Assembly: GCA_043228905.1 (NCBI GenBank)
Contig: JBHGNT010000010.1
Location: 12,586,001-12,650,000, forward strand
Reading direction: 5' to 3'
Length of the DNA: 64,000 bases
From: Azolla caroliniana
Taxonomy: Eukaryota; Plantae; Polypodiophyta
Shown: positions 10,618-23,709 of the stretch, piece after piece
Layout: each line of letters begins with the position of its first letter
Numbering within the stretch: position 1 is the first letter of the stretch
Translations under genes and position numbers: made by a program
The notes under the pieces: model-generated
Database searches by the model: none
What the model was told of the DNA's origin: nothing
What the model saw: only the letters and a program-made list of their open reading frames with translations

Positions 10618-13324
10618 ACGAGTATATCATATATGAAATTTCCGACTCATAGCATGTGTTAACAGTTTGATAACTCAAAAACTCAAGACCTAAAGTAGAT
10701 GTTACAATTAACAAAATAATCAATATTATGTTTGAAGGATTGATGACGAAGTTTTAACAAAATAATCAATATTATGTTTGAAGGATTGATGACGAAGTTT
10801 GCTTTCATTTTTTTCTCCTAACATCAATTTCTAAACTTAATCCCATTATTCAATTAATCGTAGAGGTTTCAAATGAAATTTGACAAAACATTATGTTGTT
10901 CGGGACAAGAAGAAGAAATATATTTAGTCGTGGTTATTTCTCAAAATGGTTACAACAAATTTTTACACTTACAATTATAATTTGGATAACTGGATAGAAT
11001 TTCCAAAAATACGCATAGATTGTAGAATAATGGTGAACTCTCGATCAACATTGCACCATATTTCTTTATTTCAAGCAAACCACTAGAATATTATGTTTGA
11101 AGTTTTGGTGATGTACTTTACTTTAATTCTTTTCTCCTAGCATTAATTTCTAAACTTAATCCCATTATTCGATTAATGGTAGAGGTTTCAAATGAAATAG
11201 CACCAAACATTATGTTTTTCGGGAAAACAAGAAGCAGTACATTCAGTTCTGGTTATTCCTAAACATTGTTACGATAAATTTGTAAACCAACAATTATAGT
11301 TTTGATAATTTGATACAATTTCAAAAAATACGCATAGATTGCAAAATACTGGTCAACTGTCGACAAACATTGCACCATGTTTCTTTATTTGTAGCAAAGC
11401 ACTAGAATAGTATATTAACTAATTCATTTACTCAATGAATTCCATTGGAATCAAGTTGCCTCGACTTGTTGATTTTTGCCCGAGATGCGCGGGTACAAGC
11501 ACAGGAATAGGGAAAACTACATACATCATAGATCATGAGTTAAGTTGACATCGATAAAAACCGGTGAACTTATTAACTCCTAAAAACGGGAGTGTGTTAG
11601 AATAATCCTCTGTTTCTCGTTGATGCTTGCGCATTACATAAATATTATTTATTACTAATCAATGATCGCAATATTAAAAAGTGGAGCAGATCTGATCGAT
11701 TGTAGTCTAGTTGGATAGAATACTTGACTCTGACCCAATAGACCCGTGTTCAACTCTCGGGAATAGAAAGGACCATATCATATATTACATTTCCGACGCA
11801 TATCATCTGTTATCTGTTTGATAACTGAAGAACTCAAGACCTAAAGTAGGTGTTACAATACTGTACAATTAACAAAATAATCAATATTATGTTTGAAGGA
11901 TTGATAAGGAACTTTACTTTGAATTTTTTCTCGTAACATCAATTTCTAAACTTACTCCCATTACTCGATTAATGATAGAGGATTCAAATGAAATTGGACA
12001 AAACATTATGTTGTTCGCGATAACAAGAAGCATCGTTACGATAAATTAGTACACCAAACATTATAGTTAGGATAACTTGATACAATTTCAAACAATACGC
12101 ATAGATTGTAGAATAATGGTCAACTGCCGATGTGTATTCCACCATGTTTCTTTATTTGTAAGAAAGGACTAGAATGGTACATTAACTAAATTCCATTGTA
12201 ATTTAATTGCCTTGGATCCTTGCGTTTTACCTGGGACGCCCGGGTACAAGTAGATATATCATATGTCATGAGTTAATGTGGCATCTATAAAAACCCTTGA
12301 AATTATTAAATCCTAAAAACGATAGTGTGTTAGAATAATCCTAAAAACGATAGTGCGCAATATATAAATATTATTTATTTCTAATCAATTATAGCAATAT
12401 TGAAAAGGATCACACACAAGATGTGATCCATTGTAGTCTAGTTGGTTAGGATGATCGGTTCTCACCCGGGAGACCCTTGTTCAACTCCCGGTAATGGAAA
12501 AGACAATATCATATATCAAATTTTCGACGCATAGAATGCGTTATCTATTTGATAACTCAAAAACTCAAGACCTAAAGTAAATGTTACAATAATGTACAAT
12601 TAACCAAATAATCAATATTATGTTCGAAGGATTGATGACGAACATTACTTTGATATTTCTCTCCGAACATCAATTTCTAAACTTAATCCCATTATTCGAT
12701 TAATTGTAGAGGTTTCAAATGAAATTGGACAAAACATTATGTTGTTCGAGACAACAAGAAGAAGTATATTTGGTTGTGGTTATTCGTGAACATTGGTACG
12801 AGAAATTAGTACAACAACAATTATAGTTTGGATAACTCGATACAATTTCAAACGATACGTATAGATTGCAAAATAATGGTCAACTCTCGATGAGCATTGC
12901 ACCATGTTTCTTTATTTGTAACAAAGGACTAGAATGGTACATTAACTAATTCATTTACTAAATGAATTCCATTGTAATGAAATTGCCTCGGATCCTTGCT
13001 TTTTACCCAAGACGCCCGAGTAGAATTAGATATGTCAGATATCATGACTTAATGTGGAATCTATAAAAGCCCTTGAAATTATTAAATCTTATTAAATCAA
13101 TGATTTCAAGATTAAAAAGCACACAAAATGTGATCCATTGTTGTCTAGTTGGTTAGGATAATCGGCTCTCACCCAAGAGAGACCCGGGATCAACTCTCGG
13201 CAATGGAAACGACAATATCATATATTAAATTTCCGACGCATATCATGTGTTAACTGAAAAACTCAAGACCTAAATTTCCGACTCCCAGGTACAACAATAG
13301 GCATTGGAAAAACTAGATACATCA

Positions 13325-13602
13325 TCCTTCCAACATAATAATGATTATTTTGTTAATTGTACATTATTTAGATTAGTAATAAATAATATTTATATATTGC
13401 GCAAGCATCAACGAGCAACAGAGGATTATTCTAACACACTCTCGTTTTTAAGATTAAATAATTTGAAGGGTTTTTATCGATGCGACATTACATCATGCCG
13501 GGAGTTGAAACCGGGTCTCTCGGGTGAGAGCCGAGTATCCTAACCAACTAGACTATAGTGTATCATAGAAACGACAATATCATATATTAAACCCTAAACC
13601 CT
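13325..13602 (-). other. Scrambled inverted satellite patch, including a minus-strand tRNA-Glu(CTC) fragment (~13496-13560), ending in AAACCCTAAACCCT
   Basis: Three non-collinear reverse-complement satellite pieces, then a short + strand piece, then two telomere-type heptamers at 13589-13602. Confidence 0.85.
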
Positions 13603-16594
13603 TAATTTTTTTCTCCTAACATCAATTTCTAAACTTAATCCCATTATTCAATTAATAGTAGAGGTTTTAAATGAAATTTGAAAAAAAATTTATGTTGTTC
13701 GGGAGAAGAAGAAGCAATATATTTAGTCGTGGTTATTTGTCAACATGGTTACGACAAATTAGTACACCGACAATTATTGTTTGGATAACTTGATAGAATT
13801 TCCAAAAATACACATAGATTGTAGAATAATGGTGAACTCTCGATCAACATTGCACCATATTTCTTTATTTGAAGCAAAGCACTAGAATAATACATTAACT
13901 AATTCATTTACTAAATAAATTCCATTGTAGTCTAGTTGGTTCGGATCCTTGTATTTTTACGCATAGAATGCAGAATAATGGTCAACTGTCGAGCAACCCG
14001 GGTTAAACTCCCACCAATAGAAAAGACAATATCATATATCATATTTTGCGACACATGTCAAGTGTTAAGAGTTCGATAACTCAAAAACCGAAGAGCTAAC
14101 ATTATGTTGTTCGGGATAACAACATGCAGTATATTTAGTACTGGTTATTCCACAACTTTGTTACGACAAATTAGGACACCAACAATTATAGTTTGGATAA
14201 CTCGATAGAATTTCAAACCATACGCATAGATTGCAGAATAATGGTCAACTGTCAATGAGTATTGCACCATGTTTCTTTATTTCTAACAAAGGACTAAAAT
14301 GGTACATTAACTAAGTCATTTACTAAATGAATACCGTTGTAATCAAGTTGCCTCGGATCCTTGCTTTTTACCTGAGACGCCCGGGTACAAGTAGATATAT
14401 CCTATATCATGAGTTAATATGGCATTGATAAAAACCCTTGAAATTATTAAATCTTAAAAACGAGAGTGTGTTAAAATAATCGTCAATTTTTCGTTGATGC
14501 TTGCGCAATATATAAATATTATTTATTTCTAATCAATGATAGCACACAAGATGTGATCCACGATTGTCTAGTTGGTTAGGATACTCGGCCCTCACCTGAG
14601 AGACCTGGGTTCAACTCCCGGCAATGGAAACGACAATATCATATATTAAATTTTCAATGCATATCATGTGTTAACTGTTTGATAACTCAAAAACTCAAGT
14701 CCTGAAGTAGGTGTTACAATAATGTACAATTAACTAAATAATCAATTTTATGTTTCAACAATTGATGACGAACTTTACTTTGATTTTCTTCTCCTAACAT
14801 CAATTTCTAAACTTAATTCCATTATTCGATTAATGGTAGAGGTTTCAATTGAAATTGGACAAAATATTATGTTGTTCAGGACAAAAAGAAGAAGTATATT
14901 TAGTTGTGGTTATTCCTCAACATTGTTCCGATAAATTAGTACACCAACAATTATAGTTTAGATAACTCGAAACAATTTCAAACAATACGCATAGATTGCA
15001 AAATAATGTTCAACTGTCGACAAGCATTGCACCATTTTTTTATATTTGGAGCATGGCACTAGAATAGTACATTAACTAACTCATTTACTAAATGAATTCC
15101 TATGGAATTGAGATGCCTGGAATAGTTGATTTTTACCCGAGACACGTGGGTACAAGTACAGGCATAGGAAAAACTAGATACATCATAGCTCATGAGTTAA
15201 TTTGGGATCGATAAAAACCCTTAAAATTATTAAATCTTAAAAACAAGATTGTGTTAGAATAATCCTGTGTTTCTCGTAGATGCTTGCGCAATATATAAAT
15301 ATATATATTTTTTTCTACCAACATCAATTTCTAAACTTAATCGCATTATTCAATTAATGGTAGAGGTTTCAAATGAAATTTCACAAAACATTATGTTGTT
15401 CGGGATAACAAGAAGCAGTATATTTAGTTCTGGTTATTCCACAACTTTGTTACGACAAATTATTATACCAACAATTATAGTTTGGATAACTCGATAAAAT
15501 TTCAACCAATACGCATAGATTGCAGAATAATGGTGAACTCTCGATGAGTATTGCACCATGTTTCGTTATTTCTAACAAAGGACTAAAATGGTACATTAAC
15601 TAAGATATTTACTAAACGAATACCATTATAATCAAGTTGCCTCGGATATTTGCTTTTTACCTGAGACGCCTAGGTACAAGTAGATATATCCTATATCATG
15701 AGTTAATATGGCATTGATAAAAACCCTTGAAATTATTAAATCTTAAAAACGAGAGTGTGTTAGAATAATCGTCACTTTTTCGTTGATGCTTGCGCAATAT
15801 ATAAATATTATTTATTTCTATTTAATGATAGCAAGATTAAAAAGCACACAAGATGTCATCCGCAATAGTCTAGTTGGTTAGGATACTCGGCTCGGTGCTC
15901 ACCTGAGAGACCCGGGTTCAACTCCCGGCAATGGAAACAACAATATCATATATTACATTTCTGACGCATATCAGGGGTTAACTGTTTGATAACTCAAAAA
16001 CTCAAGTCCTAAAGTAGGTGTTACAATCATGTACAATTAACTAAAGAATCAATTTTATGTTTCAACGATTGATGACGAACTTTACATTGATTTTCTTCTC
16101 CTAACATCAATTTCTAAACTTAATTCCATTATTCGATTAATGGTAGAGGTTTCGAATAAAATTGGACAAAATATTATGTTGTTCGGGACAACAAGAAGCA
16201 GTATATTTAGTCGTGGTTATTCTTCAACATTGTTACGACAAATTAGTACACCAAAAATTATAGTTTGGATAACTTGATACAATTTCAAACAATATGGATA
16301 ATGGTAAACTCTCGATGAGCATTGCACCATGTTTCTTTATTTGAAGTAAACCACTAGAATATTACATTAACTAAATCACGAGACTTCCGGGTTGAACCCC
16401 CGGCAATGGGAAAAACTAGATACATCATAGATCATGAGTTAATATCGCATTGATGGAAACCCTTGAAATTATTAAATCTTAAAAACGAGAGTGTGTTAGA
16501 ATAATCCTCTGTTTCTCGTTGATGCTTGCGCAATATATAAATATTATTTATTACTAATCAATTATTGCAATATTGAAAAGTACACAAGGTATGA

Positions 16595-16667
16595 TCCATT
16601 GTAGTCTAGTTGGTTAGGATACTAGGCTCTTACCCGAGAGACCCGGGTTCAACTCCCGACAATGGAA
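16595..16667 (+). pseudogene. tRNA-Glu-body copy with CTT anticodon
   Basis: Loop CTCTTAC; mismatches in anticodon and T stems. Confidence 0.7.
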
Positions 16668-17155
16668 ACGACAATATCATATATTAAATTTCCGACGCAT
16701 ATCATGTTTTAATTGTTTGATAACTCAAAAACTCAAGATTATGTTTGAAGGATTGATGACGAACTTTCCACGATCAACATTGCAAAAATACGCATAGATT
16801 GTAGAATAATGGTGAACTCTCGATCAACATTGCAACATATTTCTTTATTTGAATCAAAGCACTCGAATATTACATTAACTAATTCATTTACTAAAGTAAA
16901 TTCAGTTTAGTCTACTTGGTTCGGATCCTTGTTTTTTACACGAAACTCCCGGGTACAACAATAGGCAGTGGAAAAACTAGATACATCATAGATCATGAGG
17001 TAATGTCGCATCGGTAAAAACCCTTGAAATTATTCAATCTTAAAAACGAGAGAGTGTTAGAATAATCCTCAGTTTCTCGTTGATGCTTGCACAATACATA
17101 AATATTATTTATTACTAATCTCTGATTGCAATATTAAAAAGTACACAAGATGTGA

Positions 17156-17228
17156 TCTATTGTAGTCTAGTTGGTTAGGATACTCGGCTCTCACCCGAGA
17201 GACCCGGGTTCAATTGCCGGCAATGGAA
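17156..17228 (+). tRNA. trnE-CTC: tRNA-Glu(CTC), near-intact
   Basis: Anticodon arm perfect; C61 changed to G in the T stem. Confidence 0.55.
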
Positions 17229-20200
17229 ATGACAATATCATATATTAAATTTCCAACGGATATCATGTGTTAACTGTTAGATAACTCAAGACCTAAAGTA
17301 GGTGTTACAATAATGTACAATGAACAAAATAATCAATATTATGTTTGAAGGATTGATGACGAACTTTACTTTAATTTTTTTCTCCTAAAATCAATTTCAT
17401 TATTCGATTAACTATAGAGGATTCAAATGAAATTGACAAAACAATATGTTGTTCGAGACAACAAGAAGAAGTATATTTGGTTGTGGTTATTCATCAACAT
17501 TGGTACGACAAATTAGTACACCAACAATTACAATTGGGATAACTCGATACAATTTCAAACAATACGCATAGAATACAAAACAATGTTCAACTGTCGACAA
17601 GCATTGCACCATGTTTCATTATTTGTAGCAAAGCACTAGAATAGTACATTGACTGATTTATTTTTAAAATGAATTCCATTGGAATAAAATTGCCTGGAAT
17701 CATTAATTTCTACTCGAAATGTGCGATTACAAGTACAGGCATACGAAAAACTAAAGACATTATACATCATGAGTTAATGTGGCATCAATAAAAACCCGTG
17801 AAATTAATTAATCTTAAAAACGAGAGTGTGTTAGAATAATCCTTTGTTTCGTGTTGATGCTAGTGCAATATATAAATATTATTTATTACTAATGAATGAT
17901 TCCAATATGAAAAAGTGTACAACATGTGATCCATTTAAGTCTAGTTGGTTAGAATACTCGGCTCGCACCCAAGTGACCCGTGTTAAACTCCTGGGAATAG
18001 AAAGGACAAGATCATATATAAAAGTTTGCGACGCATGTCATGTGTTCGATAACTCAAAAACTCAAGACGTAAACAATAATATACAATTAACAAAATAATC
18101 AATATTATGTTTGAAGGATTGATAAAGAATTTTGGTTTGATTTTTTTCTCCTCACATCAATTTCTAAACTTAATCCCAATATTCAATTAATAGTAGAGGT
18201 TTTTAATGAAATTTTACAAAACATTATGTGGTTCGGGACAAGAAGAAGCGGTATATTTAGTTGTGGTTATTCCTCAACATTGTTACGACAAATTAGTACA
18301 CCAAGAATTATAGTTTGGATAACTTGATACAATTTCCAAAAATACATAATTGTCGAATAATGGTGTATTCTCGATGAGCATTGCACCATGTTTCTTTATT
18401 TGAAGCAAAGGACTAGAATATTACATTAACTAATTCATTTACTAAATGAATTCCATTGTAGTCTAGTTGGTTCGGATCCTTGTTTTTTACACGAGACTCC
18501 CTGCTACAACAATTGGCATGGGAAAAACTAGATACATCATAGATCATGAGTTAATATGACATAGATAAAAACGCTTGAAATTATTAAATCTTAAAAACGA
18601 GAGTTTGGTAGAATAATCCTCAGTTTCTAGTTGATGCTTGCACACTATATAAATATTATTTATTACTAATCAATCATTGCAAATTTAAAATTACATAAGA
18701 TATCATCCACTGTAGTCTAGTCGGTTAGGATACTCGGCTCTCACCCGAGAGACCTGGGTTCATCTACCCCGGCAATCACCCGAGAGACCTGGGTTGAAGA
18801 GACCTGGGTTCAACTCCCCCGGCAATCACCCGAGAGACCTGGGTTCAACTTCCTCGGCAATCGAAACAACAACATCATATATTAAATTTCCAGCTCAGAT
18901 CTTGTGTTAAGTGTTTGATAACTCAAAAACTCATAGCTACATCATAGCTCATGAGTTAATTTGGCATCGATAAAAACCGGTGAACTTATTAAATCTTAAA
19001 AACGAGAGTGTGTTAGAATAATCCTCTGTTCCTCGTTGATGATTGTGTAATACATAAATATTGTTTATTACTAATCAATGATCGCAATATTAAAAAGTGC
19101 ACCAGATGTGATCCATTGTACTCTAGTTGGTTAGAATACTCGACTCTCACCCGAGAGACCCGGGTTCAACTCCCGGGACTAGAGAGGACCATATCATATA
19201 TCAAATTTTGTGATGTATGTCATGTGTTAACTGTTTGATAACTGAAAAATTCAAGACCTAAATTAGTTACAATAATGTACAATTAACAAATTAATCAATA
19301 TTATGTTTCAAAGATTGATGAGGAACTTGATTTGATTTTTTTCTCCTAACATCAAATTCTAAACTTAATCCCATTATTCAAGTAATGATAGAGGTTTCGA
19401 ATGAAATTGGACAAACCATTATGTTGCTCGGGACAACAAGAAGCAGTATATTTGGTTGTGGTTATTCTTCAACATTGTTACGACAGATTAGTAAACCAAT
19501 AATTATAGTTTGGATAACTTGATACAATTGGTACACCGACGCAGTATGTTTAGTTGTGGTTATTCCTCAACATTGTTATGATAAATTAGTACACCAACAA
19601 TTATAGTTTGGATAACTTGATATAATTTCAAACAATAGGCATAGATTGTAGAATAATGGTCAATTGTCGACAAGGATTGTACCATGTTTCTTTATTTGAA
19701 GCAAAGCACTAGAATAGTACATTAACTAATTTATTTACTAAATGAAGTCCATTGTAATCAAGTTGCTTCGAATCGTTGATTCTTACTCGTAATGCGCGGG
19801 TACAAGTATAGGCATCGGAGAAACTAGATACATTATATATCATGAATTAATGTGCCATCGATAAAAAGCCGTGAAATTATTAAATCTTAAAAACGAGAGT
19901 GTGTTAGAATAATCCTCTGTTTCTTGTTGATGCTTACGTAATATATAAATATTATTTATTATCAATGATGGAAATATTAAAAAGTGTACAAGATGTGATC
20001 CATTGAAGTCTAGTTGGTTAGAATACTCGGCTCTCATCGGAGAGACCCGAGTTCAACTCCCGGGAATTGAAAGAACAATATCATATATAGACTTTTGTGA
20101 CGCATGTCATGTGTTAACTATTTAATAACTCAAAAACTCAAGACGTAAAGTAGTTACAATAATGTACAATTAACAAAATAATCAATATTATGTTTGAAGG

Positions 20201-21279
20201 AATGATAAAGGACTTTGCTTTGATTTTTTTCTCCTCGCATCTATTTCTAAACTTAATCCCATTATTCAATTAATAGGAGAGGTTTCAAATGAAATTTGAC
20301 AAAACGTTATGTTGTTCGGGAAGAGAAGAAACAATATATTTAGTTGTGGTTATTCCTCAACATTGTTACGACAAATTAGTACACCAACAATTATAGTTTG
20401 GATAACTTGATACAATTTCAAACAATACGAATAGATTGCCGAATAATGGTAAACTCTCGATGAGCATTGCACCATGTTTCTTTATTTGAAATAAACCACT
20501 AGAATATTACATTAACTGAATCATTTACTAAATGAATTCCATTGTAGTGTACTTCGTTCAGATCCTTGTTTGCGCAATATACAAATATTATTTATTACTA
20601 ATTAAGGATTTCCATAATAAAAAGTACAATAATCCATTGTAGTCTAGTTGTTTAGGATACTTGGCTCTCACCCGAGAGATTCGGGTTCAACTCCCGACAA
20701 TGGAAACGACAATATCATATATTAAATTTCCGACGCATATCATGTGTTAACTGTTTGTAACTCAAAAACTGAAGATTATGTTTGAAGGATTGATGACGAA
20801 CTTTACTTTAATATTTTTATCCTAACATCAATTTCTCAACTTAATCCCATTCTTCAATTAATGGTAGAGGTTTGAAATGAAATTTCTCAAAAAATTATGT
20901 TGTTCAGGACAACAAGACGGAGTATGTTTAGTTGTGGTTATTCCTCAACATTGTTATGATAAATTAGTACACCAACAATTATAGTTTGGATAACTTGAAA
21001 TAATTTCAAACAATAGGCATAGATTGCAGAATAATGGTTAACTGTTGATGAGTATTGCACCATGTTTCTTTATTTGTAACAAAGGACTAGAATGGTACAT
21101 TAACTAATTCATTTTCTAAATGAATTCCATTGTAATCAAGTTGCCTCAGTTCCTTGCTTTTTACCTGAGACGCCCGTGTACAACTAGATATATCAGATAT
21201 CATGAGTTAATGTGGCATCAAGAATAACCCTTGAGATTATTAAATCTTAAAAACGAGAGTGTGGTAGAATAATCCTCAG

Positions 21280-23709
21280 CTTTTTGTTTAAACATTTGTT
21301 TAAGTATTCTCCTCTCTTAATCATAATCATTCTCTTCTTAGCCATGACCCCTTTTCTTTAACCATAATCCCTCCCTTCTCTTTTAATCATAACCTTGCTT
21401 TAAGTGTTTGCCCAAGTGTTTTCTTATCTAAATATTTGTTTAAACATCCGTTTAAGTACTTTGTTTTAGCAACCCCTTCCCCCTTAATCATAATCCCTTC
21501 TTAACCATAATCATTTTTTAATCTCAATCTCTCTTTTTTATTTCTATTTTTTTTTTTTATAATAATCTTTCTTTTAAGTGTTTGTTTAAGCATGTGTTTA
21601 AACAACTCCCTTTCATCTAAGCATGTGCTCCCGTTTTAATAATACTCTATATTGGTGTTTTAATAATACTTTATTGGTGTCTAATAACTTAAGTTATCCC
21701 AATGATCTTTAATATGTTCTAAAAACTATGATTAGGTTTAAATACTTTTGATATCTTCAACAAGCTACACTCCCCTAACCCCCACCCACGCCCTCACTTT
21801 TCTATTCTTCTAAAACTATATCACTACTTATGTTTAGACATACAAATAAGATCTAAACTTGAGTCCACCCCAAACAACCCCCAATGAAGTGCCGCACACT
21901 TTAAGAAATCTTAAAAAAGCGTTGATATATTATACCCCTAGTGCTTGCCACTCATCACTTCATATCATATATATTATACTCCTAGTGGTCATATACCAAC
22001 ATAAATTTCTATTTTTATTACATCATATATTCTATACCTCCTAGTAGTCGTACACCCCCATAAACTCTTTCAATTCTCCATACTAATAACTTTACCCCTA
22101 CAAAAACTAGCAACTATTACAAAACCCTAAACCCTAACCTTCGAAACATGCGCTCCATCCTACCCCACACTACCATATTTCCCTCCCTCATATCTTTCCT
22201 TCTTTTTCTCCCCTTCTCTCCTCTCTCTCCTCTTTTGTTCCAATACAGACACATCGCCACAAACGTCTCAACAGGAGGACCCAAAACACGATCCATTCAA
22301 CGTCGTACACCCAACGCCAACGCACCCACAGATCCATCCACAACCACCATCGACTTTGTGCCGGATTCTCCACCAATGACGACCAATCTCAAGCACGTCG
22401 TCGCCAACACTCAAACAACCGTTGTAAACATGGAAGCTCCCTCACCCCACCCTCTTTCTTGTCAATTTATAAATAACGAAGTCCCACATGAAATCCAACA
22501 TCTATATAATGTGTGTCTTAACAACCCCAAATCACCACCTAAAAAAATCCCCCCGTCATCTAGGATGCTACAACTAGATTTAGCCCCAACTAGCCCTAGT
22601 ATCACGCAAAGCATTCCCTCCCCCTCCCCCACCTTAAAATGGAAGGTTATAAAGAATTCATCACCAAACTCTCGCCCGCAAAGAAGTTCATCTTCCTTCA
22701 GAAGTTGTTTGATACCTTTAGCTCACCTCCCCTAGAATGGGGTGGTGGAGATCCCCTTTGCATGCCTACAATAACAAAATCTCTTTTTGAACACGCCCAT
22801 GTGTCCTCTAGCGACCACCACACCCACACAAACCCGCGTCCACAAGACAAACCCGTTTCAAACTGATTTGCAGATATTGTATGAAAGAAGGGCATACAGA
22901 AAGGGTATGTCGATTCATGCAAGTTGCAGAGAACAAAAGATAATCACAAGCAAATAATGCAACATTAGAAGATAAATCAAACTTGAAGTCAAAAGAATAT
23001 ATAGAATTTGGATGAAATACCAGAAGATGACAATATTTTGCAAGCATACCATGTCAGTACAGAAGAGACAAAAACCGAACATGATACATGGTACCTAGAC
23101 ACTAGTGTGAAAGGAAGTAGCTGAAGTAATATTTTTTCCAAGTAGTAAAATAGAATAGTTAAGAAAATAGAACAGTTAGTGTAATTGTGGGTTCTTGCCG
23201 AATGGCAAGTGTATATCTTGGAAGAGTCTCTCATATCGCCTATAAAAAGGGATCGGGAGCATTGTATCAAGATTGATCTGTTTGGTTATCGTAATATAAT
23301 TTTGGTTGATAGAGTATAATATGTATCAACTGCCTTGCTTGTCATCTCTATTACGAATATTATGTATATAACTAAGAATCGATCAAGGTAGTATCTCATA
23401 ATCGTTTTCATTAAGTAGGTATCAAGAGAGAGAGAGAGAGAGAGAATGGCAGCATTCTTGAATTCCGGACACCGGGTGAAGATGCATGTGAGGAGGGAGG
23501 CCAAGACGAAATGCAACATCGCTTATATTACCAGTGATCTCGTACGGGCAAAAGCGTTGGAAATATAATTTACTGCGAGGCATAGTGGTCTTGATGTTGT
23601 GTTATAGAAGCCATACACGATCCCCCACATAAATTTTTTTTGAGGAGTATAGGTGATGACGGTGCGCAATCCTCTTGTACATACTTTGAGCATCACGCAA
23701 ATTGTGGAG
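21280..23709 (+). repeat. Truncated duplicate of 47942-50419 (Penelope downstream region + Copia remnant + short LTR)
   Basis: Near-identical sequence; ORF 22148-22735 matches 48904-49440; the left flank 19730-21279 also matches 37945-39496. Confidence 0.95.
22148..22735 (+). other. Pro/Ser/Thr-rich ORF of unknown function, possibly the accessory ORF1 of the Penelope-like element
   Basis: ATG-initiated here (ATA in the second copy); same C-rich strand bias as the Penelope RT; no recognisable domain. Confidence 0.3.

Larger units (their letters stand above)
5336..21279 (+). repeat. tRNA-Glu-containing tandem satellite, block 1 (~0.6-0.7 kb monomer)
   Basis: Recurrent TCCATTGTAGTCTAGTTGGTTAGGATACTCGGCT(C/T)TCACCCGAGAGACCCGGGTTCAACTCCCGGCAATGGAA in a conserved AT-rich spacer; all copies on + except one small inversion. 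Confidence 0.97.

Noticed and set aside
13589-13602. Interstitial telomere array or chromosome fusion site
   Set aside because: Only two heptamers; too short for that claim.
7909-20037. Recurrent 60-100 aa ORFs in the satellite (also 29076-38251 and 50363-60388)
   Set aside because: They are translations of the repeat and tRNA strands, inconsistent between monomers, with no domain signal.
5336-21279. CRISPR-like repeat-spacer array
   Set aside because: Spacers are long and homologous to each other, the repeat is a tRNA, there are no cas genes, and the context is eukaryotic.
5336-21279. Cluster of independently inserted tRNA-derived SINEs
   Set aside because: Uniform orientation, shared upstream flanks, no A-tails or TSDs; tandem amplification explains it.
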